DNA from: Polyangiaceae bacterium
Lineage (GTDB): Bacteria; Myxococcota_A; Polyangia; Polyangiales; Polyangiaceae
Reading direction: 5' to 3'
DNA length: 64,000 bases
Assembly: GCA_965222375.1 (NCBI GenBank)
Contig: CBDCTZ010000015.1
Coordinates: 448,001 to 512,000 of the forward strand
Each line of letters begins with the position of its first letter. The first letter of the stretch is position 1. The notes below the pieces were generated by a model. It did not search any database. It had not been told where the DNA came from and saw only the letters and a list, made by a program, of their open reading frames with translations. Made by a program: the position numbers and the translations under genes. This document shows, piece after piece, positions 10,442-20,255 of the stretch.

Positions 10442-11089
10442 GTGCGGAAGCTGCTCCTAGCCGTAGTTCTCGTGGGCACTGTCGGGCCTGGTTGCCGGGC
10501 GCGGCTCAACGCCAATGCGAGCTTGAACGCCAAGACGAACAATTCCGAGGAGTTCACGGAGCCCCTGGACGGCGAAAAGGGCCAAGGCGAATCGGACTTC
10601 AACGACGGCAAGGATACGCCGCTGTTGGGCGCACGCCATGACGTGAAGTTGGCCAGCACTCAGGGCGCGGCTCAATGTAAATGCATGTCCGTCGTAGTCG
10701 GTGGCGCGGATGCCGCCGGCCTTACCTGGCAAGGGCCGCCCCCGAAGATCAATCCGGCGACGCAGCTCGTGCTCGGTCTGACCTCCGAAGGGGCTGCATG
10801 TGAAGGCGCGCCCGAAGGCTCCCTAGGCGCGTCCTATTGGGGCTACCGGGTCTCGGGCGAGGACGTGATTGTGATCGTGGAATCGGCGCGCTTCGGCAAG
10901 CCGATCACCCAGGGCGCCATCATTCCAAAGCCCCTGGGAGGCGGTCAGATCTTCGTCAAGCCCGCCAGCAAGAGCTTGGTCTACGGCCGGCCTCTGAATG
11001 CGGCCGATTCCCTGTGCAAGGTCTACAGCGTCCCGGCCGCAAACGGCACTGCTACGTCCCAACCGGCGGGCACCATGGAGGGCAAGTAG
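10442..11089 (+). CDS. Hypothetical lipoprotein
   Basis: Leader RKLLLAVVLVGTVGPGC; coherent globular sequence. Confidence 0.7.
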   Translation: MRKLLLAVVLVGTVGPGCRARLNANASLNAKTNNSEEFTEPLDGEKGQGESDFNDGKDTPLLGARHDVKLASTQGAAQCKCMSVVVGGADAAGLTWQGPPPKINPATQLVLGLTSEGAACEGAPEGSLGASYWGYRVSGEDVIVIVESARFGKPITQGAIIPKPLGGGQIFVKPASKSLVYGRPLNAADSLCKVYSVPAANGTATSQPAGTMEGK

Positions 11090-11121
11090 CTCACCCTGAA
11101 CCCCCGGGCGCGCCGAACCGT

Positions 11122-12261
11122 TCACTTCTTCTTGACCTGCAAGGCCTGGGCGAGGGATTCGCGACGCGCTTGAATCGTGGGCCCCAAGAACGTCATCACG
11201 AAACGGGCGAACTGATCCTTGGGAACCGGCGCGCACACCTCGGCGTAGGCGTACTGGACTGCACGACGCATTTCAGCCGCCGTTTGAAAACGGTCTTGGG
11301 GCTCGCGAGCCAAAGCGCGATACACGATCTCCGACACGGGCCGCGGCGTGCCCGCGGGCAGTGGCGGAACTGGCTCGCCGTACTTGATCTGCCTGACAAT
11401 GCTGGGGATATCGCCTTCGTAGGGCAGTCGCTGCGCGATCAGGCGATACAGCACGACGCCTACGGCCCAAATATCCGTTCGCCGATCCGGCACAGCGCGT
11501 AGCACCTGTTCTGGAGCCATGTAGCTGACCTTGCCCTTGAGCACGCCCGTGCGGGTCTGCTCGGCCAATCGCTCACTGGCCTTGGCTACGCCAAAGTCGA
11601 TCAGCTTCACGTCTCCATGGGATGACAGCATGATGTTGGACGGTGAAACATCTCGATGCACCACGTTGAGGTGCTCTCCCTTGGCGTCGCGCAGCTCATG
11701 AGCCTGATGCAACCCCAAGCAACACTCCCCAATGATGCGTAGCGCAATCGCCAGGGGCACCTCCTTGCCCTTGGCCACCAGTGCGCGAAGCAGAGAACTG
11801 AGCGTATCGCCCTCCACCCACTCGAGAGCGACGTAAGGCACATCCCCGTGCACACCCACATTGCGAATGCTCACCACATTCGGGTGGCGAATCTCCGAGA
11901 GCAACTTGGCTTCGTCCAAGAACATGTGCACGAAGGCTTGGTCGTGGCTGAGGCTCGGCAGAAGCGTCTTGAGAGCGATGACTTCTTTCTGACCCGTGGA
12001 GCGGCGGCGCCAAGCCATCCACACGAAGGCCATGCCGCCCTTCGCCAGGCGGGTCACCAATTGGTAGCGGCCAATCTTCGCGCCTGCCTGCAGCGGCGTC
12101 GGGAACAGCGGCACCTCAGGGGGCTCGCTGGTCTTGGCTACGACCCGCGCCCAGCGAGCCTGCAATTTTCCGGTCCCAGTGATCGTGTCCGTATCCGTCT
12201 CTTCCCACTCGCTGTTGGGCGATAGGTCGGGGACTTTCTCGGGTGGGTCGGAGGCGGCCAT
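11122..12261 (-). CDS. Hanks-type Ser/Thr protein kinase (cytoplasmic)
   Basis: GGMA, IALK, HRDVSPSN, DFG, YMAPE, DIWAVG; no TM segment. Confidence 0.93.
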   Translation of the reverse strand: MAASDPPEKVPDLSPNSEWEETDTDTITGTGKLQARWARVVAKTSEPPEVPLFPTPLQAGAKIGRYQLVTRLAKGGMAFVWMAWRRRSTGQKEVIALKTLLPSLSHDQAFVHMFLDEAKLLSEIRHPNVVSIRNVGVHGDVPYVALEWVEGDTLSSLLRALVAKGKEVPLAIALRIIGECCLGLHQAHELRDAKGEHLNVVHRDVSPSNIMLSSHGDVKLIDFGVAKASERLAEQTRTGVLKGKVSYMAPEQVLRAVPDRRTDIWAVGVVLYRLIAQRLPYEGDIPSIVRQIKYGEPVPPLPAGTPRPVSEIVYRALAREPQDRFQTAAEMRRAVQYAYAEVCAPVPKDQFARFVMTFLGPTIQARRESLAQALQVKKK

Positions 12262-12362
12262 GGCGGACGCGAGGTCGCGATGTTCAAGGATACGCGCTGC
12301 AAGGAGCAAAAAAAAGGCGCCCGGCCCTGAACGTCTTTTCCTGGGCCGGCCCGCCCGGCAGG

Positions 12363-13937
12363 ATGGCCCTCATGCGGCAGGCCCTCGAGAGCATCGCTGA
12401 ACAGCGCGGATTGACCACGGAATTCGGCCCTGAGCTGATCGCCTCGGCGAAGCGAGCCATCGCCGAAACGCCCCTGGATGAGGCGGCACTGGTCGACCTC
12501 ACTGCCTGCCCTTTTGTGACTATCGACGGTCGAGACACGCGAGATCTGGACCAAGCCGTCTTCGTCGAGCGCAACGGCGACGGATTGCGCGTGGACTACG
12601 CCATTGCGGACGCCTCGAGCTTCGTCATGCCGGGACAGCCCTTGTTCGAAGAGTCGCTGAGCCGAGGTAGCAGTTTCTATCTGCCCGGACTGTGCGTGCC
12701 GATGCTGCCCCGGTTGCTGAGCGAGGGCGCCATCTCCCTGAACCCCGAAGTCCTCCGCCGCGCCGTCATCTTCCGCATGGACTTGGATGCCAAAGGAGAG
12801 GTCGTGGAAACGACCATCTTGCACGCGCGGATCTTCAGCCACGCCAAGCTGGCTTTCGAGGACGTTCAGGACTTCTACGACAGCCCGGGCGACCATCCCA
12901 TCGCCAAGGCGCCGTATGCCGAAAGCCTGAAGCTACTCAAAGAAGCAGGGCAGCTTCGAATGGCCCGAGCCGACGAGCGCAACGTGGTACGCTTCCGCCG
13001 CACGGAAGTGCGGGTCGGTGTGTCCGAGGGCCGTGCTGTGATCGCCCGAGAGCTGCGACTCGCCGTGGAGAAGTACAACGAGCAAGCCAGTCTGCTCTGC
13101 AACGTCGAGGGCGCCCGTAAGCTCCACGAGGGGGACACCGCCAAAGACGCCGTGGAGCCTATTTTTCGCGTACACGCGGGGCCAAACGCCGAAACCCTGG
13201 GCGAACTCGACGCCCTGCTCGAGCAGCTCGTTGGGCTGTACAAACTCGACCCCAAGGTCTGGCAGCGACGCCCCGACGAGCGCAGCCTGTCCGACTGGCT
13301 CGACAGCTTGCCCCGAACCGGCCGCGAGCGCCGAGTCGCCCTCGCGGTGCATCGTCAAGCCATGATGAAGACCGGGCGCTCGGCATTCAGCGCCGAGCCC
13401 GGCGCCCACTTCGGAGTGGGCGCGGAGGTCTACGGGCGCTTCTCGGCACCCATGCGCGAAGTGGTGGGCGTCTACTTGCACCGAGAGCTGATGGAGCGTG
13501 TGGCGGGGCGGTCCTTCGACACACCCGGGGCCCTCGGCGGCGTGGCGCTGCGGGACGCTGTGTTGGCAACGGCCAACCGCTCCAAGGAGTTGCAGAAGCA
13601 ACTGACTCGAGACGCCAACTTGCTCGTGATGCAAGAAGTGCTCGATCCGGTCCTCGCTGGGCCAGCCGAAAAACGGCGCTTCAGTGGTACGGTGCTCGGC
13701 GTCGCCCGCAACAAGCTGCACGTACATCTCGATGACCCACCCCTCGAAGTGAAAGCCTACAACCGCGACATTGCCGAGGCCCTCGGCAGCGAAGTGCGCG
13801 CCAAAGACGACGGCGCCGCGCTGTGGAAGAAAGATGGCGCCGCTCTATGCCGCTTGGGCGAAAGGGTTCGGCTGGAGTTGACCGGGAAAGACGCCAAGCG
13901 AAAGCGCTTTGTCTTCCGCTTGCTGCTCGAGGAGTGA
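12363..13937 (+). CDS. RNB-domain exoribonuclease (RNase II/R family, short form)
   Basis: FVTIDGRDTRDLDQA, YAIAD, RGSSFYLP..VPMLP..LS, HFGVG...YGRFSAPMR. Confidence 0.88.
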   Translation: MALMRQALESIAEQRGLTTEFGPELIASAKRAIAETPLDEAALVDLTACPFVTIDGRDTRDLDQAVFVERNGDGLRVDYAIADASSFVMPGQPLFEESLSRGSSFYLPGLCVPMLPRLLSEGAISLNPEVLRRAVIFRMDLDAKGEVVETTILHARIFSHAKLAFEDVQDFYDSPGDHPIAKAPYAESLKLLKEAGQLRMARADERNVVRFRRTEVRVGVSEGRAVIARELRLAVEKYNEQASLLCNVEGARKLHEGDTAKDAVEPIFRVHAGPNAETLGELDALLEQLVGLYKLDPKVWQRRPDERSLSDWLDSLPRTGRERRVALAVHRQAMMKTGRSAFSAEPGAHFGVGAEVYGRFSAPMREVVGVYLHRELMERVAGRSFDTPGALGGVALRDAVLATANRSKELQKQLTRDANLLVMQEVLDPVLAGPAEKRRFSGTVLGVARNKLHVHLDDPPLEVKAYNRDIAEALGSEVRAKDDGAALWKKDGAALCRLGERVRLELTGKDAKRKRFVFRLLLEE

Positions 13938-13943
13938 GGCCTC

Positions 13944-14819
13944 GTGACAAAGAATGTCCGACCCCGCGCCCGCAGGAAGCGACTGCACGTTCGAGCAGTG
14001 CTAAAAGACGAAACTACGATGTCAGAGGGTGCTCTCGAAGCCGCGCCGCAGGGCGCATTTCGCCTGACCCACCCGGGTCCGGTCCCCGCTCCCCGAGCGG
14101 ACGCCGCGGAAGTGGAGTTCTTGGTCCAGCAGCAGGACGCGGTGGCATTCCTGCGAACCCTGGCCTCCGAGAGCGTCGATCTCCTGGTCACAGACCCCGC
14201 CTACGAGTCCCTGGAAAAACACCGGGCCGTCGGTACCACCACCCGTCTCAAGCGTAGCAAGGCCAGCAGCAACGACTGGTTTGCCATCTTTCCCAACTCA
14301 CGGTTTCCGGAGTTGTTCGCCGAGGCGTTCCGCGTGCTGCGCTCGAATACCCATTTCTACCTCTTCTGCGACCAAGAGACGATGTTCGTGGCCAGGCCCG
14401 CCGCGGAGGCCGCCGGCTTTCGCTTTTGGAAACCCATCGTGTGGGACAAGCGCAAGATAGGCATGGGCTACCACTACCGATCCCGCTACGAGATGATTCT
14501 GTTCTTCGAAAAGGGCAAGCGCCGCCTGTCGGATCTCTCGGTGCCCGACATCTTGGAGGTCCCGCGCATCCGCGGCAGCTACCCCGCAGAAAAGCCGCCG
14601 GAAGTGTCAGAGATATTGATCCGCCAGAGCAGCGTCGAGAGCGAAGTCATCGTGGACCCCTTCATCGGCTCGGGCTCCATCGGCGTCGCCGCCGCGCGTC
14701 TGCAGCGGCACTTCCTGGGTTCGGATATCTGCGCCGAAGCGGTCAGCGTCTCCGACCGGCGCCTGCGGGAAGCCGGTGGCCGCGCATCCCAAGAACTCTA
14801 CGACGCTCTGCGAGCTTGA
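13944..14819 (+). CDS. Site-specific DNA methyltransferase (N4/N6, beta class)
   Basis: VDLLVTDPAY (motif IV) precedes YPAEKP and DPFIGSGS (motif I). Start may be 14019. Confidence 0.88.
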   Translation: MTKNVRPRARRKRLHVRAVLKDETTMSEGALEAAPQGAFRLTHPGPVPAPRADAAEVEFLVQQQDAVAFLRTLASESVDLLVTDPAYESLEKHRAVGTTTRLKRSKASSNDWFAIFPNSRFPELFAEAFRVLRSNTHFYLFCDQETMFVARPAAEAAGFRFWKPIVWDKRKIGMGYHYRSRYEMILFFEKGKRRLSDLSVPDILEVPRIRGSYPAEKPPEVSEILIRQSSVESEVIVDPFIGSGSIGVAAARLQRHFLGSDICAEAVSVSDRRLREAGGRASQELYDALRA

Positions 14820-14889
14820 CGCGGCCCGATCTTGAGGCGGCCCGACTGAGCCCTGAGACTCGCGCGCTGCGCTAGGAGAAGACCTCGCC

Positions 14890-15963
14890 TCACAGGCAAT
14901 CGTAGCGGGTGTAGCTCACGCCAGACTCGGTACGCAGGGCGTGCATCACGCCGCCCCCGTCCAGTACCGCAAAGTCCTTGAAGGACTCTTCGGGCAACGT
15001 GTTCGACGGCAGCACCGCGCTACCCGTGGGCGCTCCGCTGACTCCGTCCAGGCAATACAGCAAGACCTCCGTCCCGTTTTCAACGGCTTGCACCTCGGCA
15101 GCAAAGTAGATCGTGCCCGACTTGTCCGAGTCGAGCATCAAGATGTTGTGCACCAGGGTCTGAAGTCGCAGCTCACGGGTGAAACGGTGCTGTTCCGTGG
15201 CACGTTCCACGGACACGACGTACACGCGCCCAGCCTGAGCTTCGATGATACCGGCCTTGAGAAAGGACAGCCCATCCCGACTGGGGCGGCCCGGGATCTC
15301 CGTGCGCGGCTCTGCCGGCACGCCCAGGGTGTTTCCTATCTTCACCAACGGTCCGTGCCCACGCTCGACGTATACGTCCTCGCCGTCCACGAAGACGCCC
15401 GTCACGCTGCCCGGGTCGGGCACGCCTTCGCCCTCGAGCGTCAACTTGCCGCGAAGGTTGCCCGAGGCGTCGTACACACCTACAGCCTTGTCCCGAAAGC
15501 GGTCGAGAACCGCGGCCGAACCATCGGCTCCGAGCGCAATGTCTTCGGGGTACGCCGTGTCGAGCTTTTGAATCCCCTCCGCTTTGCCGTCTCCACCCCG
15601 GCGCACCAAGCGTCCGTTGATGTTGTCCAGCACCGTCATGCGCCCCTTGGAGTCCAGAGCGAAACTCATCGGCCCTTGGGGGTTGCCTTCTTCGGGAGTC
15701 TCGCGGCCAAGTTGGTCGGGCCCGCCACCCCAACTGGCGAAGAAGACGGGATCGCTGCTCTCGACCTTGGCCGCCGGAGCCGCCACCGGTGTGACGGCCA
15801 CAGCCCGTGCAGGTTCCACCGGGAGCTCCTCGGTTTCTTCGACCGCTTCGACCTCGCTAGGCGGCGCCTTGGCCTCGGTGGGCGCGTCTTGGCGCGACGA
15901 CAGCCACGCCAAGGCGCCTACCACACCAGCAACCAACAACAGAGCAGAGAGCTTCTTACGCAT
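14890..15963 (-). CDS. Membrane-anchored beta-propeller (NHL-like) protein
   Basis: N-terminal TM; repeated GPMSFALD/PEDIALG/VTGVFVD blades; 11 nt downstream of the SH3 gene. Confidence 0.65.
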   Translation of the reverse strand: MRKKLSALLLVAGVVGALAWLSSRQDAPTEAKAPPSEVEAVEETEELPVEPARAVAVTPVAAPAAKVESSDPVFFASWGGGPDQLGRETPEEGNPQGPMSFALDSKGRMTVLDNINGRLVRRGGDGKAEGIQKLDTAYPEDIALGADGSAAVLDRFRDKAVGVYDASGNLRGKLTLEGEGVPDPGSVTGVFVDGEDVYVERGHGPLVKIGNTLGVPAEPRTEIPGRPSRDGLSFLKAGIIEAQAGRVYVVSVERATEQHRFTRELRLQTLVHNILMLDSDKSGTIYFAAEVQAVENGTEVLLYCLDGVSGAPTGSAVLPSNTLPEESFKDFAVLDGGGVMHALRTESGVSYTRYDCL

Positions 15964-15974
15964 GGCGACACCCG

Positions 15975-17057
15975 CTAGTAGCCGTTGCGGCGAATCGCCT
16001 TATACGAGGACGACGCGGTGCGGTAGCCTTTGATGCAGCCCGCCGAGCAGCCCTTGCATTCGTAGGCGTACATCGTGCCCCAACCATCGCCCTTGGACGC
16101 GATGAAGATGTGCCCGCGACCGTTCTTCCGATACACCAGCGCGTCGGCCTTCTTGACCGAGCTCCGGGAAATAATCTTCCATTGGCTCGAACTCTTGACG
16201 AAGTTTGCCGTACTGTAGGGGTGACTGTCCTTGGTCAGGTCGTTGTTGCTCGACGGCACCTGCCAAACTTTGGCCACCAAGCCCGAGCAGTCGCCGCCGT
16301 AGCTCCCGCCGTGGGAGCAGTTCGGGCAGGAGCCGGAACACCAACCAGCGTTTCCGTTTGGGCCACCCGGGCGGAAGCGACCGTGACCCCACCAGTACGA
16401 GAAACCCACCGCGGAAGCGGCGCGATTCATCGCCGCGGTGACGTTGGCACCGGTTGTACCGCCTCCGGTGCCGCCGCCAGTTCCGCCGCCAGAGCTACCG
16501 TCCTTGCTGTAGTACTTCGCGGAGCTCCAGCCAACTACACCGCCGGAATTGATGTTGTAGAACCCATTGCTCGGGTTGGGGGAAACCAGCGACACTTTCG
16601 AGCCCAGCTTCACGACCTTGAGGATCGAATACGACGTGGAGGGACCGGTGCGCAGGTTCACGTTGCCAATCGCTGTGAGCTCTGCACCCACGGGCTGGGT
16701 GCCAGTACTGCCACCGACCGGCTCGTAATACTTGCCGTAGCTCCAACCGACGGTGCCATTGTGGTCAATGCGGTAGTAGCCGTTTTTTGGCGATGACGTA
16801 TCCACCGTGACCTTCGATCCCTTGGGGACGACATGCAGGATCTTGTACTTGGTGGAGGCGCCCGTACGCAGATTCACGTTGCCGGTCGCCCGAAGCGTGG
16901 TGCCCGCGGGCACGGTACCGGTGAGTCCTTCACCGCCGACTTCGGCGTCCTCGGCCAACTCTTCCGACTCGCCGGTATCGGGAGTGGCCGGCGCACAACC
17001 GAACGGGACAGCGAGGAGACATGCAAACGCGAATGGGACGAATCGTAGCTTTGACAT
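15975..17057 (-). CDS. Lipoprotein with 2x SH3b and an NlpC/P60-like peptidoglycan hydrolase domain
   Basis: Lipobox FGC; two VNLRTG.ST.Y.IL repeats; YWWG...DCSG...ADALV...GHI catalytic pattern. Confidence 0.8.
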   Translation of the reverse strand: MSKLRFVPFAFACLLAVPFGCAPATPDTGESEELAEDAEVGGEGLTGTVPAGTTLRATGNVNLRTGASTKYKILHVVPKGSKVTVDTSSPKNGYYRIDHNGTVGWSYGKYYEPVGGSTGTQPVGAELTAIGNVNLRTGPSTSYSILKVVKLGSKVSLVSPNPSNGFYNINSGGVVGWSSAKYYSKDGSSGGGTGGGTGGGTTGANVTAAMNRAASAVGFSYWWGHGRFRPGGPNGNAGWCSGSCPNCSHGGSYGGDCSGLVAKVWQVPSSNNDLTKDSHPYSTANFVKSSSQWKIISRSSVKKADALVYRKNGRGHIFIASKGDGWGTMYAYECKGCSAGCIKGYRTASSSYKAIRRNGY

Positions 17058-17291
17058 TGGGGCACTCCAGGTTCGGAGAGTCCCTGTGCATGCGTCGTGC
17101 CGACGGATCTTTGCAGCGCGTTTGCAAAAACCTGGAGCGTGACGTGGGTAGGACAATGTAGGTGCGTGGGTTTCGTCCGGACGCGCCTCGGAAGACGTCC
17201 GGACGAACGCACGCGCGCACGTCGTCTAGTAGCCGATTAACGAAGAAAACCAACCTCAAACCGTGGCGCCGATCTTGCTACGTCTGCGGGC

Positions 17292-18503
17292 ATGCGCCGC
17301 CATGTGTTCGTGACGTTCTTGGTAGCGCTGATCGTGGGCTGCAGCGCCGGCTCGGAACCCGGGCCAGAGCCCGCCGGGGTCTCCACCGCCAGCGAGGAGC
17401 TCGTTGTCGGGGGCTGTCAGTGCGTTTCCTCGGGCACCTGCTCCCAGCTCAGCTACTCGGACATTCCACCCAGCGGCGAGTACGTGGTGACGACCTTCGG
17501 CGGCGGCAGCGACACCCAGTCGATGGCCTGCGGCGGAGTCGCCGACGGAACTTGGGCCTACGTCGCAGGCAGTGCGCGGTTTTCCTGCGGCACCAAGCTG
17601 CTGGTCGAAGCGAACGGCAAGAGCTGCGTGGCGCAGGTCGCCGACTGCGGCCCCAATCGCTGCGTCGAAGAAGCCGCTTCTGGCTCTTGCGGCACACATT
17701 CGCCGGTGCTGGACGCGAGCCCCTTCATCACGAAGTACTTGATCGGCCAGGCGCAAGCGGGGTGGAGCGAGCGTAAGACCGTCAATGCCAAGATCATCGA
17801 CTCGAGCTCGGTAGTCGGCTGCCCGGGCAGCCCAGTGACCGGGTCCGGCGGTAATGGTGGCAACGGAGGTTCAGGCGCTGGCGGCAGCACCGGAAGCTGC
17901 ACGGCGCCCACGTGTCTGGGCTGCGGCGACTGCAACTCCGTGTGCATGTGCGAATCCGGCATCCAAGTGTTCTGTGACGTCTTGTGCGGCAGCGCACCCG
18001 GCGGCACCGGCGGCACGACCGGATCAGGTGGCAGCCCAGGGAGCGGCGGCACCCCGGCGAGTGGAGGAACCCCGGGGAGCGCCGGCGCAGGGTTCGCCGG
18101 AGCCAAGGGCGACGTCGGTGACGAAGGCGGCTGCGAAGCCCCAGCCTGCAACGGCTGCGAAGGGTGCGACGATCTGTGCCTGTGCGAGGGCAACGACGCC
18201 GCAACCTGCGCCAAGAAGTGCGGGACCCCGACCGTCGATGCATGCAGGGCCCCGGAATGCACGGGTTGTGGCTCCTGCCACGAGACCTGCGCCTGCGGAG
18301 GTTTGTCAGAAGCAACCTGCGTCAACGTCTGTGGCGGCGCGGCTCCCGAGCCAGAGTTTCAACCGCCCCGGGTTCAGTCGGAGCAACCCGAATCCTGCGG
18401 CGCAAGCAGCATCGTTGGGGCGCGCCGCTCTCGGGAGGGCACCAGCTGGCCATACCTCACGCTCTTGGCTTTCGCCGCCTCCCGACATCGCCGCAAGCGT
18501 TGA
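17292..18503 (+). CDS. Cys-rich lipoprotein with RlpA/expansin-like double-psi barrel and MYXO-CTERM-like tail
   Basis: Lipobox VGC; MACG...CGTKLLV....SCVAQVADCGP...VLDAS; tail SCGAS..hydrophobic..RHRRKR. Confidence 0.65.
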   Translation: MRRHVFVTFLVALIVGCSAGSEPGPEPAGVSTASEELVVGGCQCVSSGTCSQLSYSDIPPSGEYVVTTFGGGSDTQSMACGGVADGTWAYVAGSARFSCGTKLLVEANGKSCVAQVADCGPNRCVEEAASGSCGTHSPVLDASPFITKYLIGQAQAGWSERKTVNAKIIDSSSVVGCPGSPVTGSGGNGGNGGSGAGGSTGSCTAPTCLGCGDCNSVCMCESGIQVFCDVLCGSAPGGTGGTTGSGGSPGSGGTPASGGTPGSAGAGFAGAKGDVGDEGGCEAPACNGCEGCDDLCLCEGNDAATCAKKCGTPTVDACRAPECTGCGSCHETCACGGLSEATCVNVCGGAAPEPEFQPPRVQSEQPESCGASSIVGARRSREGTSWPYLTLLAFAASRHRRKR

Positions 18504-18516
18504 GCCCCTCACAGCC

Positions 18517-19212
18517 TCACAGCATGGAGCCGGCGTGACGCCCCACGTCGAGCACTCCGCGGAAAACCATGACCAGCCCAATCGCTGTCTGCAGTTCCCA
18601 CTCGTTCATACCGTGAACTTGCCCGACAATCATGTGTGCTTGGGTAGAACCGTCTTCACACAAGAACAGCTCACGATGACCCAGTGCCACTCGACGATAC
18701 AGGCTGCCACCCGCTCCACCGTATCGCGCCTCGGCGTCAAAGCTGCCGCAAGACTGTCCGTTTGGCCCGAGCAGCCGATTGCCATCCAGTTCCACGCGCG
18801 CGGCAAATCCCGCGGGGCAATGAATGTCGAAGCTTCGCCCTGCGAGTGCTACGCGAACCCACGTGCCGCCGTACTGCAACGTGATCTCACCATGGCGGTG
18901 GATCTGTGCGCCCGTTGGAAGGGTGAACTTGCCATGGTAGCCCGCCGGATCCGGCGCACCACGTAGCCCACGCACGGTGCCACGCACGCTGACGCTTTGA
19001 AAGGTCGTGTAAGTGAAGTCAACCCGGCCCGACCAAGTCGGCAGAGGATTGTCGGGCGAGTTGTCCGAGCTCACCGGAAGTTGGATCGTCTGCGAACTGC
19101 GCGTTGCACCACGCAGCGCGACGAATGCCATGAAGCCCAGCGGTATCAGCAACAACACCCCAAAAAAGAGCAGACCAATCAGGAGGACCATTCGCGCCAA
19201 GCCATACCGCAT
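18517..19212 (-). CDS. Hypothetical protein with N-terminal TM
   Basis: 231-aa ORF with a strongly hydrophobic N-terminus. Confidence 0.6.
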   Translation of the reverse strand: MRYGLARMVLLIGLLFFGVLLLIPLGFMAFVALRGATRSSQTIQLPVSSDNSPDNPLPTWSGRVDFTYTTFQSVSVRGTVRGLRGAPDPAGYHGKFTLPTGAQIHRHGEITLQYGGTWVRVALAGRSFDIHCPAGFAARVELDGNRLLGPNGQSCGSFDAEARYGGAGGSLYRRVALGHRELFLCEDGSTQAHMIVGQVHGMNEWELQTAIGLVMVFRGVLDVGRHAGSML

Positions 19213-19564
19213 GCAGCGTCATCCAGGAACGCCCCGCGGCATCCCGCTTCCAGAGCGAACTCGTCGGGGGAGCCCACCTCAGGATTCAACACTCCTCCTT
19301 AGCGGCTACGAGTGGTTTTCGCGCGCCCTGGACCGGGCCCCGACTAGACGCTTGCTGCTGACTTTCTTCCTTGGCCGAAACCAGCGGGTCGGCCCGACAG
19401 AACCGGACACCGATGTTTTTGGGGGGATGTGCCGGAAGCTGCCGTCATCGGCGGTTCATCGCGGCGCACGCCGCCGCGCAGCATCGCGGCAATCGCACCT
19501 CTCCGCCGCGTGACGGCAGGCTGGTAGAAAGGACTGCGGGCTTGCACAAGCTACAGCCACAATT

Positions 19565-19679
19565 AGCCCAGGGTGGGAGGGCAACTTGGTCGGCCCATTG
19601 CTGACTCAGTTGCTCGAAATCTGTACGGAGGCCCACCCCGGGTGGGACATCTTGTCGAGCGATCGCGATGCTGAGTTGC
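19565..19679 (+). repeat. 115-bp direct repeat, left copy flanking the HNH gene
   Basis: Aligns ungapped with 22181-22295 (13 mismatches by hand count). Confidence 0.9.
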
Positions 19680-19892
19680 GAAGTTTCGCGCCGGCGACTA
19701 GTGCCTTGCCGATTGATGGGGGCTCCGGTGCGGGCGGGCCTTTGGGAGGCCCGCCGCCGCCGCACCTCCGCCGGGGCGCCGGCGCCGCGAGTGTCAGCGG
19801 CTTCGACGCGGAGAAAGGTGTGGGCGAGTACATCGACAGTGCAATTCGCCTTCGCCAGTGGAGGTGGGGCAGCAATGCGACCGCGTGGAGCA

Positions 19893-19967
19893 CGAGCGGA
19901 GGTCGAGCCGCAACGTGGAAGCGCGGAGCGCGAGCGGAGGTCGAGCCGCAATGCGGAAGCGCGGAGC
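19893..19967 (+). repeat. 38-nt tandem duplication
   Basis: CGAGCGGAGGTCGAGCCGCAA(cgt/tgc)GGAAGCGCGGAGC twice, starting at 19893 and 19931. Confidence 0.85.
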
Positions 19968-20255
19968 TAGAGCGCGCGCAGGTTGGGCATTGTCTGAGCT
20001 CGGGTTGGACCGCGGATCTACATCGCTGGTTCCGCGGTTCGATTCGCACGTTCCTTTTCTTGCGAATCTTGTTGACAGGTTTCCAGGCGCACGCGCGCGC
20101 GAAACGCCAGCCCAGCGATTTGTGCGTGCTTGCCGCGCGTGTGTGACTCGCCTGTGCGGTTTCGGCCGCAAGACGACGCACGCGCCGATCGGGTCGCGAT
20201 CGTCAGGCAGCGTGTCAGCTCAGAGGGCAAAAAAGCGCGTGTTAAGCCAGTAAGC

